Source: an uncultured Candidatus Bathyarchaeia archaeon
Lineage (GTDB): Archaea; Thermoproteota; Bathyarchaeia; 40CM-2-53-6
Assembly: GCA_964649235.1 (NCBI GenBank)
Contig: CAZYOZ010000001.1
Coordinates: forward strand, 9,102 to 73,101
Length of the DNA: 64,000 bases
Direction: 5' to 3'
Part shown: one piece after another, positions 29,819 to 39,335 of the stretch
Position numbering within the stretch: position 1 is the stretch's first letter
Layout of the letters: each line of letters begins with the position of its first letter
Position numbers and translations under genes: made by a program
Notes under the pieces: generated by a model
The model's database searches: none
What the model saw: the letters and a program-made list of their open reading frames with translations, nothing else
What the model was told of the DNA's origin: nothing

Positions 29819-32800
29819 GTGTCGGTGGCTGAAGAAGCAACCAAAGTCATTGGAAGCATCCGCTTCACTCTCCTCTCGCCCAGCGAAATCAGAAAACTAT
29901 CAGCGGTCGAAATTCAGACGGCGGACACGTATGATGAAGATGGCGTGCCCATCGTTTCCGGCCTCATGGACGGCCGACTGGGCACCCTTGAACCACGCCA
30001 GAAATGCAAGACCTGCGGCAACACAGCCTCGGCCTGCCCGGGGCATTTCGGCCACATCGAACTTGCCGAGCCCGTTATCCACGTTGCCTTCGCCAAACTA
30101 ATTTACAAACTCTTGCAAGTCACCTGCCGCAACTGCGGCCGAATTCTGCTCTCAGCAGACAAGATCAAAGCCTACAACGAACTTATGCAGAGAGAGCAGA
30201 AACAACTCAACGAGATTCCCGCTTCATTCTATGAAGCCGTGATGAAGGACGCAAAGAAATCTCAAGAATGCCCACACTGTGGTGCTCGCCAATACCGGGT
30301 GGAACATGGAAAGCCGACCACGTTCCACGAAATGGTGGACGGCGGCGCATCTAGGCTTACGCCCAGCGCGATCCGTGAACGCCTTGAACGTATCCCGGAC
30401 GAGGATCTCCTTCTGCTTGGAATGGATTCGACTTCGGCGCGGCCTGAATGGATGGTTCTTCAGGTTCTCCCTGTTCCTGCGGTTACAGTTCGCCCCTCAA
30501 TCACCTTGGAGTCGGGCATCCGTTCGGAAGACGACCTGACCCACAAACTGGTCGACATCATCAGAATCAACCAGAAGCTGAAGGAAGCCCTCGAGTCGGG
30601 CGTCCCCGTTAACATCATCCAGGAACTTCACGAGCTCCTCCAATACCATGTTACTACTTATTTCGATAACGAAGTCTCAGGCCTGCCGCCGGCCCGGCAC
30701 AGGTCTGGCCGTGCCCTGAAGACTCTGAGCCAGCGTCTGAAAGGAAAAGAGGGGAGGTTCAGAGGCAACCTATCTGGAAAGCGAGTTGACTTCTCTGCGC
30801 GGACAGTTATCTCACCTGACCCAAACATAGATATCAACGAGGTCGGTGTCCCACTCGAAGTCGCACAGCGCCTTACGATTCCAGAGAGAGTTACACCTTG
30901 GAACATTGAGGAACTACGTGAGCTCATCCGGAATGGTCCCGACCAGTACCCGGGCGCGCTCTATGTTGTGAGGCCTGACGGGCGACGGGTCAGACTCGAA
31001 TTTGTCACCGAGCGCGAAAGCTTGGCGGAAGCTATCCAGCCGGGGTTCATTGTCGAACGGCACATCCGGGACGGGGATATCGTTCTGTTCAACAGGCAGC
31101 CATCACTACATCGCATGTCCATAATGGCGCACACCGTCAAGGTTCTGCCGTACAAGACCTTCAGGTTGAATCCATGTGTTTGCCCACCGTACAACGCTGA
31201 CTTCGACGGAGACGAGATGAACCTACACGTCCCGCAGGGCGAAGAGGCCAGGACCGAAGCCAAGCTGCTCATGCAGGTCCAAGACCAAATACTCTCGCCT
31301 CGATATGGCGGGCCGATAATTGGCGCAAAGACAGACCTTCTGACTGCTGCTTATCTTCTCACCAGGAAATCTACGTACCTCACGAAAGAGGAAGTGGGGA
31401 AACTCCTCATTGCTGCAGAATACACAGGTGAAGTTCCGCCGCCTGAAATTAAGAGGCCCCTCGAACTTTGGAGCGGAAAGCAGATCTTCGGCCTCTTCCT
31501 CCCGAAGGGATTCAGCTTCGTCGCCAAGTCAAGCATTGTCACCCAAGAGGACGGTAACGCAGTCGTAGTCAAAGACGGAGAACTCGTACAGGGCGTTATT
31601 GACAAGAACACAATCGGAGCCGAACGCTCAGAGAGCCTCTTTCACCGCTTGGTCAAGGACTACGGTTCTGAGATCTCCAGAGACTTCTTGAACAGTCTAA
31701 TCAAACTGTTGGACCGTTTCATTACGCTGAGAGGCTTCACCTACGGCGTTGACGAACTTGATACCCCATCCTCAATTAAGGAAAAGATTTCGAAGTCGAT
31801 CAAAAAGTCCGAGGAACACGTTCAGGACCTAATCGAGCAGTACAAGAGAAGAACCCTAGAGAGATTACCTGGCCGGTCACTTGAGGAGTCGCTGGAACTT
31901 CGGATCATGGACGAACTGTCAAAGGCAAGGGACCAAGCCGGGGAGCTTGCAGAGCAATACCTGAAGACCAAGACGGACAACGCGGGCGTGATTATGACTC
32001 AGACTGGCGCCCGCGGGTCAATGCTCAACATTGCACAGATGGTGGCCAGCGTGGGGCAGCAATCAATCCGCGGTCAACGAATTAGGCGGGGCTATAGGGA
32101 GAGGGCTCTCTCCTGTTTTGAGAGAGGGGACGCGGGCGCGGAGGCTCGCGGCTTCGTATACTCAGCATACCAAGATGGATTGAGTCCGGTAGAATTCTTC
32201 TTCCACGCCATGGGTGGGAGAGAAGGGCTGGTCGACACAGCGGTCCGAACGCAGCAGAGCGGCTACATGCAGCGCCGACTCATCAACGCACTGGAGCACA
32301 TCAGGGTCGAATACGATGGAACTGTTCGAGACTCAAGAGGCGACATCATACAGTTCAGATACGGAGAAGATGGAGTCGACACGGCAAAGAGCGACCACGG
32401 CAAGGCCGTCAACACCGAACGGCTGGTCGAGCGAATACAACTGACCATTGAGAAAGGCGCCAAAGCCAGCAAAGCCTACATCGACAAAAAGATTGCAGAT
32501 ATCAAACGCGACCTCACTCCCGCCCTCGCAGAGGAGCTTAAGCAGAGCTTACTCAAAGCAAAACTCACACGCAAGGGTGTTGATGAAGCAATAAAGGAAG
32601 CCGTAAAGAACTACCGAAGAGCAACCATCGAACCAGGCGAAGCAGCAGGAATCGTCTCCGCCCAATCAATCGGCGAACCTGGAACCCAGATGACGCTCAG
32701 GACCTTCCATTTCGCAGGCGTCAGAGAACAGAACGTAACCTTAGGCCTTCCGAGGTTAATCGAGATCGTTGACGCACGGAAGATTCCGTCTACACCCATG

Positions 32801-33631
32801 ATGAACGTCTACCTAGGCAAGAAGCACCGTGCAAGCCGCGAGAAGGCTCAAGAAGTAGCAACAAGCATAACCCACACAACACTGGGAAACATTGCGTCGA
32901 GCATTGAATCAGACATAACCAAAATGCGCATAGAGGTAACGCTCAACACCGAGGCCATGAAAGAACGCGACGTCACAATCAAAGATGTCAAGGGGGCGGT
33001 CACTCCTGGGGGCTGCAAGGTAGAAGTAGACAGGAATACGATACACATCACTACGCAGGAGATGGACATAGCGCAATTCAACAGGCTTCTCAACCGCTTG
33101 CCAATGATGCACGTCAAGGGTATACCGCAAGTCAAGCGAGCACTGGTCATGGAAGAGAAGACAGGCGATAAGAGCGAATGGGTAATTCGCACTGAAGGAT
33201 CCAACTTGGCAATGACCTTGGAAACCCCAGGTGTCGACACCGCTCGAACAATTTCCAATAACATGCATGAGGTCGCTGAGGTGCTGGGCATCGAGGCAGC
33301 CCGCAACATCATAATCCGCGAAGCCACAGCGGTCCTCGAAGAGCAGGGCCTCGATGTTGATGTGCGCCACGTCATGCTTGTCGCCGATGCAATGACCGCA
33401 TCAGGCGAAGTGTTGCAGGTTGGAAGGCATGGAGTCAGCGGTGAGAAAGCAAGCACGCTCGCTAAGGCGGCCTTCGAGATCACCATACCCACAATAGTCG
33501 ACGCCGCAATCAAAGGAACTCGTGACACTCTCAGAGGAGTGGCCGAAAACGTCATAGTAGGACAGCAAGTTCCGATGGGAACCGGACTCATTGAAGTCTA
33601 CATGTCGATGCCGGAGAAGGGCAAGAAGTAG
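29819..33631 (+). CDS. rpoA: DNA-directed RNA polymerase subunit A, single fused A'+A'' gene
   Basis: 1270 aa with a GTG start. It contains the N-terminal zinc motifs, the NADFDGDEMN catalytic loop and, with no intervening stop, the A''-type region (AQSIGEPGTQMTLRTFHFAG). Confidence 0.95.
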   Translation: MSVAEEATKVIGSIRFTLLSPSEIRKLSAVEIQTADTYDEDGVPIVSGLMDGRLGTLEPRQKCKTCGNTASACPGHFGHIELAEPVIHVAFAKLIYKLLQVTCRNCGRILLSADKIKAYNELMQREQKQLNEIPASFYEAVMKDAKKSQECPHCGARQYRVEHGKPTTFHEMVDGGASRLTPSAIRERLERIPDEDLLLLGMDSTSARPEWMVLQVLPVPAVTVRPSITLESGIRSEDDLTHKLVDIIRINQKLKEALESGVPVNIIQELHELLQYHVTTYFDNEVSGLPPARHRSGRALKTLSQRLKGKEGRFRGNLSGKRVDFSARTVISPDPNIDINEVGVPLEVAQRLTIPERVTPWNIEELRELIRNGPDQYPGALYVVRPDGRRVRLEFVTERESLAEAIQPGFIVERHIRDGDIVLFNRQPSLHRMSIMAHTVKVLPYKTFRLNPCVCPPYNADFDGDEMNLHVPQGEEARTEAKLLMQVQDQILSPRYGGPIIGAKTDLLTAAYLLTRKSTYLTKEEVGKLLIAAEYTGEVPPPEIKRPLELWSGKQIFGLFLPKGFSFVAKSSIVTQEDGNAVVVKDGELVQGVIDKNTIGAERSESLFHRLVKDYGSEISRDFLNSLIKLLDRFITLRGFTYGVDELDTPSSIKEKISKSIKKSEEHVQDLIEQYKRRTLERLPGRSLEESLELRIMDELSKARDQAGELAEQYLKTKTDNAGVIMTQTGARGSMLNIAQMVASVGQQSIRGQRIRRGYRERALSCFERGDAGAEARGFVYSAYQDGLSPVEFFFHAMGGREGLVDTAVRTQQSGYMQRRLINALEHIRVEYDGTVRDSRGDIIQFRYGEDGVDTAKSDHGKAVNTERLVERIQLTIEKGAKASKAYIDKKIADIKRDLTPALAEELKQSLLKAKLTRKGVDEAIKEAVKNYRRATIEPGEAAGIVSAQSIGEPGTQMTLRTFHFAGVREQNVTLGLPRLIEIVDARKIPSTPMMNVYLGKKHRASREKAQEVATSITHTTLGNIASSIESDITKMRIEVTLNTEAMKERDVTIKDVKGAVTPGGCKVEVDRNTIHITTQEMDIAQFNRLLNRLPMMHVKGIPQVKRALVMEEKTGDKSEWVIRTEGSNLAMTLETPGVDTARTISNNMHEVAEVLGIEAARNIIIREATAVLEEQGLDVDVRHVMLVADAMTASGEVLQVGRHGVSGEKASTLAKAAFEITIPTIVDAAIKGTRDTLRGVAENVIVGQQVPMGTGLIEVYMSMPEKGKK

Positions 33632-33945
33632 TGCAGACAGCAAGAGTGGACGTAAACAAGCAGATTCAGATAGCCGTAAAGACCGGCAAAGTCTCCTTCG
33701 GGGTCAGGGAAGCTGTAGACTCGGCCAGACTGGCTAGGGCGAAGCTGCTCATCCTATCGTCGAATTGTCCCGAACCACATAAATCGAACATAGTATATTA
33801 CGCCAAACAATCGCAGGTTCCTGTGTTCGAGTACCCGGGCCCAAGCGTAGACCTGGGAACAGCATGCGGAAAACCCTTCGTGGTGGCTGCCCTGACGGTC
33901 AAGGAACCTGGAGATTCCGAGATCCTGAAGCTGGCTGAGCGCTAG
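33631..33945 (+). CDS. rpl30e: ribosomal protein L30e
   Basis: 104 aa with the L30e/L7Ae-fold signature. The GTG start overlaps the rpoA stop by 1 nt. Confidence 0.8.
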   Translation: MQTARVDVNKQIQIAVKTGKVSFGVREAVDSARLARAKLLILSSNCPEPHKSNIVYYAKQSQVPVFEYPGPSVDLGTACGKPFVVAALTVKEPGDSEILKLAER

Positions 33946-33948
33946 AAA

Positions 33949-34386
33949 ATGGCAACATCGCGAATAAAGCTGACGGGTGAGGAGATGCGTTTCATCGCTC
34001 TCTTCGAAAATATCACTGGGGCCACCGCAAACGACTGCGTAATCGACAACCAATATGACCGAATTATCTTCGTCACCAAAACCGGTGACATGGGCCTTGC
34101 GATCGGCAAAGCAGGGAAGAACATCAACATGCTCCGAAAGATGACTGGCAAACCCATAGAAGTCGTAGAATTCTCCGACAATATAGAAGGGCTAGTGCGG
34201 AATTGCCTCTCGCCAGCCAAAATCAGGGAAGTTCGAATAACCGAGCGGCCAGACCGCAAGATTGTAGTGGTCGAAGTCGACCCCAAAGACAAGGCTCTGG
34301 CAATAGGAAAGAATGGGAGAACGATAGACAAGACTCGCATGCTCGCAAAGCGCTACTACCAAGTAGACCACGTCCAGATCGCCTGA
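33949..34386 (+). CDS. nusA: archaeal NusA-like transcription factor (tandem KH)
   Basis: 145 aa. Two KH motifs (GLAIGKAGKNI and LAIGKNGRTI). Sits at the conserved position after rpoA and rpl30e. Confidence 0.85.
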   Translation: MATSRIKLTGEEMRFIALFENITGATANDCVIDNQYDRIIFVTKTGDMGLAIGKAGKNINMLRKMTGKPIEVVEFSDNIEGLVRNCLSPAKIREVRITERPDRKIVVVEVDPKDKALAIGKNGRTIDKTRMLAKRYYQVDHVQIA

Positions 34387-34491
34387 GCAACTCTTCTTCT
34401 GTCCCACGATTCTGCGCCTAGACTCGTTCGTTCTCATACCTCTTCAGGCTTTTATTGGGCGCATCGCGGCATACGGCTGAGGCTTTCAGCG

Positions 34492-35412
34492 GTGGACAAG
34501 GCGACCAAGATTTGGCTCAACGGAGACATCGTTGACTGGGACGCGGCTAAGATTCACCTCTTGACACACGGGCTGCACTACGGAACTGCAGTCTTCGAGG
34601 GAATACGTTGTTACAGGACTGATGGGGGGCCTGCAATATTCAGGCTCTACGACCATGTCTGGCGTTTGATAAACAGTGCGAAGATCTACCTGATGGAGCT
34701 CAGATACAATGCCGATGAAATTGCTGAAGCAATTAAGTCGACTGTCAGGGCGAATCGTTCAGACGAATGCTACATTCGGCCGATAGCATACTATGGTTAT
34801 GGCGAGATGGGCGTCAACCCGCTTCCGAACAAAGTGGATTTGGCAATTGCGGCTTGGCGTTGGGGAGCATACCTTGGCGAGGGGGCCCTGGAAAAGGGCG
34901 TGAGGTGCATGGTATCCTCTTGGCGCCGCATTAGCCCGTTGACGTTGCCACCGCAGGCCAAATCCTCAGCTAATTATGCCAACTCGGCGCTCGCGAAAAT
35001 AGAAGCTATCAAGGCAGGATACGACGAAGCGATTCTGCTGAATGTAAACGGAATGGTATCGGAGGCGACGGGTGAGAACGTCTTTCGCGTGAAGCGAGGC
35101 GCCCTTTCAACCCCGCCTGCTTCAGCAGGAGTCCTCCGAGGAATTACGCGGGACACAGTGATCCAGCTCGCAGCTGAAATTGGAGTGGAATGCCGTCGAA
35201 TTGACATTTCCAGAGAAGAACTATACACGTCGGACGAGCTGTTCCTGTCTGGAACGGCAGCAGAAATCACGCCGATCAGTGAAGTTGACGGAAGAAAGGT
35301 TGGAAATGGGGCTTTTCCCATAACCAGGAAGCTTCAGGCGGCCTATGAAAACGCGGTTAGAGGCCGAAACAGCAACCACTCACAATGGCTCACATACGTC
35401 GAAGGAGATTGA
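34492..35412 (+). CDS. ilvE: branched-chain amino acid aminotransferase (class IV)
   Basis: 306 aa. Class IV PLP fold, EGIR/ExxxxNxF-type motifs and the length typical of IlvE. Confidence 0.85.
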   Translation: MDKATKIWLNGDIVDWDAAKIHLLTHGLHYGTAVFEGIRCYRTDGGPAIFRLYDHVWRLINSAKIYLMELRYNADEIAEAIKSTVRANRSDECYIRPIAYYGYGEMGVNPLPNKVDLAIAAWRWGAYLGEGALEKGVRCMVSSWRRISPLTLPPQAKSSANYANSALAKIEAIKAGYDEAILLNVNGMVSEATGENVFRVKRGALSTPPASAGVLRGITRDTVIQLAAEIGVECRRIDISREELYTSDELFLSGTAAEITPISEVDGRKVGNGAFPITRKLQAAYENAVRGRNSNHSQWLTYVEGD

Positions 35413-35431
35413 GCAGCACATATGCCTAGTT

Positions 35432-36982
35432 TCATTCACCGAATTTGATGCCTTGAGCTAGCGGGAGTTCATCGCTCCAGTTCATGGTGACCGTCTGGCG
35501 GCGCATGTACTGCTTCCAAGCATCGGAGCCCGCCTCTCTGCCGCCGCCTGTCTCCTTTTCTCCGCCGAAGGCTCCCCCAATTTCTGCACCAGAGGTGCCT
35601 ATGTTAACGTTGGCTATGCCGCAGTCGCTGCCTAAAGCTGAGAGAAATCTCTCAGCGTTCTTCAGAGATTCAGTAAAGATGGCTGAAGACAAGCCTTGGG
35701 GAACCTCGTTGTGCAGCTTGATTGCGTCGTCAAGAGTGTTATAGGGCATGATGTACAGGATGGGTGCAAAGGTTTCTTCACAAACGAGCTGCGTGTTTCC
35801 TGGAACTCGGACAATCGCGGGCGTGACGTAAAACCCTGGCCTGTCTAGCTTCTTCCCCCCCGCAACTATCTTGCCGCCCTGATTCCGTATCTCGTCCAGC
35901 GCTTTCATCATCGTATTCACGGCCGCTCCGTCTACAACTGGACCCATCAAAGTGTCTGGTTCGAGCGGGTTGCCAATGCGAACCTGCTCGTAGCCCTTCA
36001 CAAGCCTCTCAGTTAACTCATCGACGATCTCTCTGTGCGCGATTATTCGCCTAGTAGTCGTGCAACGCTGGCCCGCAGTACCCACAGCGCCGAAGAGTAT
36101 GGCTCGGGTTGCTAGGTCAAGGTTCGCGTCTTCCGCCACAATGATTGCATTATTGCCGCCCAATTCGAGAATAGTGCGTGCCAGTCGTTTCGCTGCGGCT
36201 TCCGCGACACGTTTTCCCATCTTCGTTGATCCCGTCGATGAGATCAGCGAGATTCTCTTGTCGTTGATGAGCCGTTCGCCAATCGTCGGGCCGGTGCCGA
36301 CTACGAGTGTGAATATTCCCGTAAGGTCGTTTGCCTTCATTACGCGATTCACGACGTGCTGAACTGCGATGCCGCTGAGCGGGGTCTTTGAGGATGGTTT
36401 CCACACCATCGTGTTGCCGCAGACAGCAGCGATCATCGAGTTCCATGACCAAACAGCAATTGGGAAATTGAATGCCGTAATTATCCCGATGACCCCCAAG
36501 GGCTGCCATTGTTCATACATTCGATGTGAGGGGCGCTCAGACTGCATCGTCAATCCGTACAGTTGCCGCGACAGCCCAACGGCGAAGTCTGCGATGTCAA
36601 TCGCTTCCTGTACTTCACCCATCCCTTCAGCAAAGATCTTTCCCATCTCCAAAGTTACTAGCTTACCTAGTGGTTCCTTCAGTTTCCTGAGCTCATCACC
36701 GATTTGTCGCACAACCTGCCCACGTTTCGGCGCAGGTATCATGGACCATTTGCGAAAGTTCTCTTGTGCCGCTCGGACAACGTGTTCATAGTCCTCTTCT
36801 GATGCGAGTGCGACATTTGCAATCAGAGACTCATCAATAGGGCTGACGACATTAAGTTGCTTCTTCCCCTCCGTGCTCCCCCAATCATCCGGCCCTGCGC
36901 ATGTACCAGGGTTGATTTCCTGAATGTTCAGTTCCTTCAAGAACGGGTACTTGCCGTAACTCAGGGTTAAGCTCACAGTCAT
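35432..36982 (-). CDS. aldehyde dehydrogenase of the ALDH7 (alpha-aminoadipic / piperideine-6-carboxylate semialdehyde dehydrogenase-like) family
   Basis: 516 aa. ELGGNNA, catalytic CTTTRR region and the ALDH7-like C-terminal SGAEIGGAFGGEKETGGGREAGSDAWKQYMRR. Confidence 0.8.
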   Translation of the reverse strand: MTVSLTLSYGKYPFLKELNIQEINPGTCAGPDDWGSTEGKKQLNVVSPIDESLIANVALASEEDYEHVVRAAQENFRKWSMIPAPKRGQVVRQIGDELRKLKEPLGKLVTLEMGKIFAEGMGEVQEAIDIADFAVGLSRQLYGLTMQSERPSHRMYEQWQPLGVIGIITAFNFPIAVWSWNSMIAAVCGNTMVWKPSSKTPLSGIAVQHVVNRVMKANDLTGIFTLVVGTGPTIGERLINDKRISLISSTGSTKMGKRVAEAAAKRLARTILELGGNNAIIVAEDANLDLATRAILFGAVGTAGQRCTTTRRIIAHREIVDELTERLVKGYEQVRIGNPLEPDTLMGPVVDGAAVNTMMKALDEIRNQGGKIVAGGKKLDRPGFYVTPAIVRVPGNTQLVCEETFAPILYIMPYNTLDDAIKLHNEVPQGLSSAIFTESLKNAERFLSALGSDCGIANVNIGTSGAEIGGAFGGEKETGGGREAGSDAWKQYMRRQTVTMNWSDELPLAQGIKFGE

Positions 36983-37023
36983 AGGCGACTGCTCTCCGAT
37001 GCCGGAAGCGATGGACGAATTGA

Positions 37024-38040
37024 TTAGGCTTTACCTTGTTTTTCGCGAAGCTTTGGCACGAGCTCTTTGCAAATTCGTTGCACTGCTTCCTCGGGGTCAG
37101 GGCCGAATGGTAGGCAGAATATCAAGTGGCCTACGCCCTTTTTGATTTGGTCTTGGCATTTCACAAAGCATTTTTCAATTGGCCCGGAAGCTGAGAGCGC
37201 ATCAACCATTTTGTCCGTGACTAGGTCGACTGCCGCTTCGGGTCCCTTCTTGTCGATCGCTATCCGAAGGGCGTCTTGCTCTTGGCGTTTGATTCCTGAA
37301 GCTGCAAGCGCCTCAGGTCTACCCCAGGCCACGAGATCAAGCACAATTTCCCGTGCGGCACCTTTGGCTTCGATCTCATCTTCAGAGAGTGATATGACGA
37401 GAGAATTCGTGATATCAAGCTCGTCTACATCTCTCCCTAACTTGTCAGCACCCTTCTGCACATAGCCAATCGCAGTCGGCAAGTAGTCGGAACTGCATGT
37501 CAAGAGCACACCATCGGCTAACTCGCCAGCAAGGCCGAGCATCTTCGGGCCAGAGCCACCCAGGTAGATCGGAATATTGTGGCCTGCTTGGGTGAGCACA
37601 ATGTCCTGCAGTTGAAACCCCGGGCTCTTCACGGAAACAATTTCGCCATTGAAGAGCTTCCTGCATGCATTCACGGCATCTTTGACTGTATCTACTGGGT
37701 TGCGCTGGGATATGCCCAAAGATGTGAGCCTGTCAATTGAACCCGAGCCCAGACCGAGTATGGCTCTGCCCTTGGATAAGCTATCCAAGGACAAAGTTGC
37801 CGCCGCTATCAAAGCGGGATTTCGCGTGTACGGGTTGCAGATCGATGAACCCAGTTTCACGTTTTTCGTGTTCACCGCCAAGGCGGCGAGTGTCACGAAG
37901 ACATCCCCGAAGGGCGGTGACGGGCTCGTATCGCAAATCCAGACATGCTCTATTCTACTGGCGTCGGCCATTTTTGAAAGCGAAATCACTTCCTCATGGG
38001 GCATTGTAGGTTCTAAGGTGATCCCAAACTTCACCAACAC
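37024..38040 (-). CDS. luciferase-like (LLM) flavin/F420-dependent oxidoreductase
   Basis: 338 aa TIM-barrel LLM family. Most similar in layout to F420-dependent reductases (Mer-like). Confidence 0.65.
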   Translation of the reverse strand: MLVKFGITLEPTMPHEEVISLSKMADASRIEHVWICDTSPSPPFGDVFVTLAALAVNTKNVKLGSSICNPYTRNPALIAAATLSLDSLSKGRAILGLGSGSIDRLTSLGISQRNPVDTVKDAVNACRKLFNGEIVSVKSPGFQLQDIVLTQAGHNIPIYLGGSGPKMLGLAGELADGVLLTCSSDYLPTAIGYVQKGADKLGRDVDELDITNSLVISLSEDEIEAKGAAREIVLDLVAWGRPEALAASGIKRQEQDALRIAIDKKGPEAAVDLVTDKMVDALSASGPIEKCFVKCQDQIKKGVGHLIFCLPFGPDPEEAVQRICKELVPKLREKQGKA

Positions 38041-38160
38041 TCATGCACCTCTGCCGATTGACTATTCATTAGAATGCGAAAGATTAGCAGATGCTCGAAC
38101 TCAGCATCCACCGTAAAAGGAAGCCTTTCTGCTATTTAGCCTATTGCCCACGTTCCAGAC

Positions 38161-38199
38161 GAATAGAAAAAGAAAGAGGCCTGATTTCAGTCAGGCCTC
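38161..38199 (-). terminator. stem-loop plus T-tract downstream of sod
   Basis: Perfect 9-bp inverted repeat GAGGCCTGA-tttcag-TCAGGCCTC at 38176..38199. On the minus strand it is followed by TCTTTCTTTTTCT, and it sits about 30 nt after the sod stop codon. Confidence 0.6.
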
Positions 38200-38230
38200 T
38201 CCAGAGACATTCACGTGAATCGCTGAGCAG

Positions 38231-38839
38231 CTAGCGCTTTGCTTTCTGGAAGCGGCTGTCAACATCAGACCAGTTGACGACTTCCCACCACTTGTCAACG
38301 TATGCGGCCCTGTCGTTCTTGTACTGCAAATAGTAAGCGTGTTCCCATACGTCGATACCCAGAAGGATTGGAAGTTGTGCTAAGTGCATGAAGTTCTGCT
38401 TCTCGATCTGGGTCAGAACGAGTTGGTCGGTTGTGTTGTCGTAGAGTAGGAGCGCCCATCCTGAACCTTCGACGGTCTTGGCCGCGTCGGAAAACTGTTG
38501 CTTGAACTTGTCGAAGCCTTCGAAATCTTGCTTCATCTTGTCGGCGATGGCTCCGCCGGGTGCGCCGCCTCCCTTGCCCGGGGACGCCATGTTGGGCCAG
38601 AAGATGCTGTGCAGAACATGTCCGCCGAAGTGGAAGCTGAAGTCTCTCAGCACGGCTTTGATGTCTATTTGCAGCTCGCCCTTTCTAGCCTTCTCAAGCT
38701 TGTCGAGAGCTGTGTTTGCGCCTGTTACGTATGCTGCGTGATGCTTGTCGTGGTGGAGTCGCATGATCTCCTCAGAGATTACTGGTTCGAGCGCGTTGTA
38801 CTTGTATGGCAAATCTGGAAGAGTGTACTTGGTTGGCAT
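38231..38839 (-). CDS. sod: Fe/Mn superoxide dismutase
   Basis: N-terminal HHxKHH (LHHDKHHAAYV) and C-terminal DVWEHAYY motifs. The likely start is the internal Met (MPTKYTLPDLPY); the ORF extends to 38860. Confidence 0.9.
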   Translation of the reverse strand: MPTKYTLPDLPYKYNALEPVISEEIMRLHHDKHHAAYVTGANTALDKLEKARKGELQIDIKAVLRDFSFHFGGHVLHSIFWPNMASPGKGGGAPGGAIADKMKQDFEGFDKFKQQFSDAAKTVEGSGWALLLYDNTTDQLVLTQIEKQNFMHLAQLPILLGIDVWEHAYYLQYKNDRAAYVDKWWEVVNWSDVDSRFQKAKR

Positions 38840-38927
38840 GCCGCCTAGGCTTGCGCGCATCTCTCATAAACTTTTCATCAACCAAAATCTATCGGCTTGA
38901 GGAGCCGAATTGGCTCGCGGAACGCAA

Positions 38928-39335
38928 CTAGACTAGCTGTTTCACTTCTTCTGTGACTGCTTGGCCTAGATACCCGTAGACTCCTAGTTTGAGAACTTTC
39001 AGTCCCAGAAGTGCGCATTTGATTCTGGTCGGGCCAGGGTCAATGCCTAACAAGCTGAGAACATCTGCTTTCGCCAATGCCTTGATATCATCGAGCGTTT
39101 TCCCCTTCACGGTTTCGGTTAACATCGATGCAGATGCCTGGCTTATTGCACAACCTTGTCCCATGAACCGGATGTCCTCGATCTTACCGTCCCTGACTTT
39201 CAGCTGCATCTCAATAATGTCACCGCACAGAGGATTCGTGTCCTTTGCCCGGATGTCCGGATCAGGTAGGTCGCCGAAGTTGCGTGGGTTACGGTAATAG
39301 TCGAGAATGATTTCCTTGTAGATGTCCGAACTCAT
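38928..39335 (-). CDS. sufU: SufU/IscU-like Fe-S assembly / sulfur-acceptor protein
   Basis: 135 aa. Three conserved Cys regions: LCGD, GQGCAISQAS, RIKCAL. 4-bp overlap with sufS. Confidence 0.8.
   Translation of the reverse strand: MSSDIYKEIILDYYRNPRNFGDLPDPDIRAKDTNPLCGDIIEMQLKVRDGKIEDIRFMGQGCAISQASASMLTETVKGKTLDDIKALAKADVLSLLGIDPGPTRIKCALLGLKVLKLGVYGYLGQAVTEEVKQLV

Noticed and set aside
32848-33591. 247-aa antisense ORF inside rpoA, with several other antisense ORFs inside rpoA and rpoB (for example 32909..33370, 28816..29118)
   Set aside because: They lie fully inside highly conserved RNA-polymerase coding sequence on the opposite strand or in an alternate frame. The translations are Ser/Thr/Arg-rich with no motifs, as expected for spurious ORFs in GC-rich DNA.
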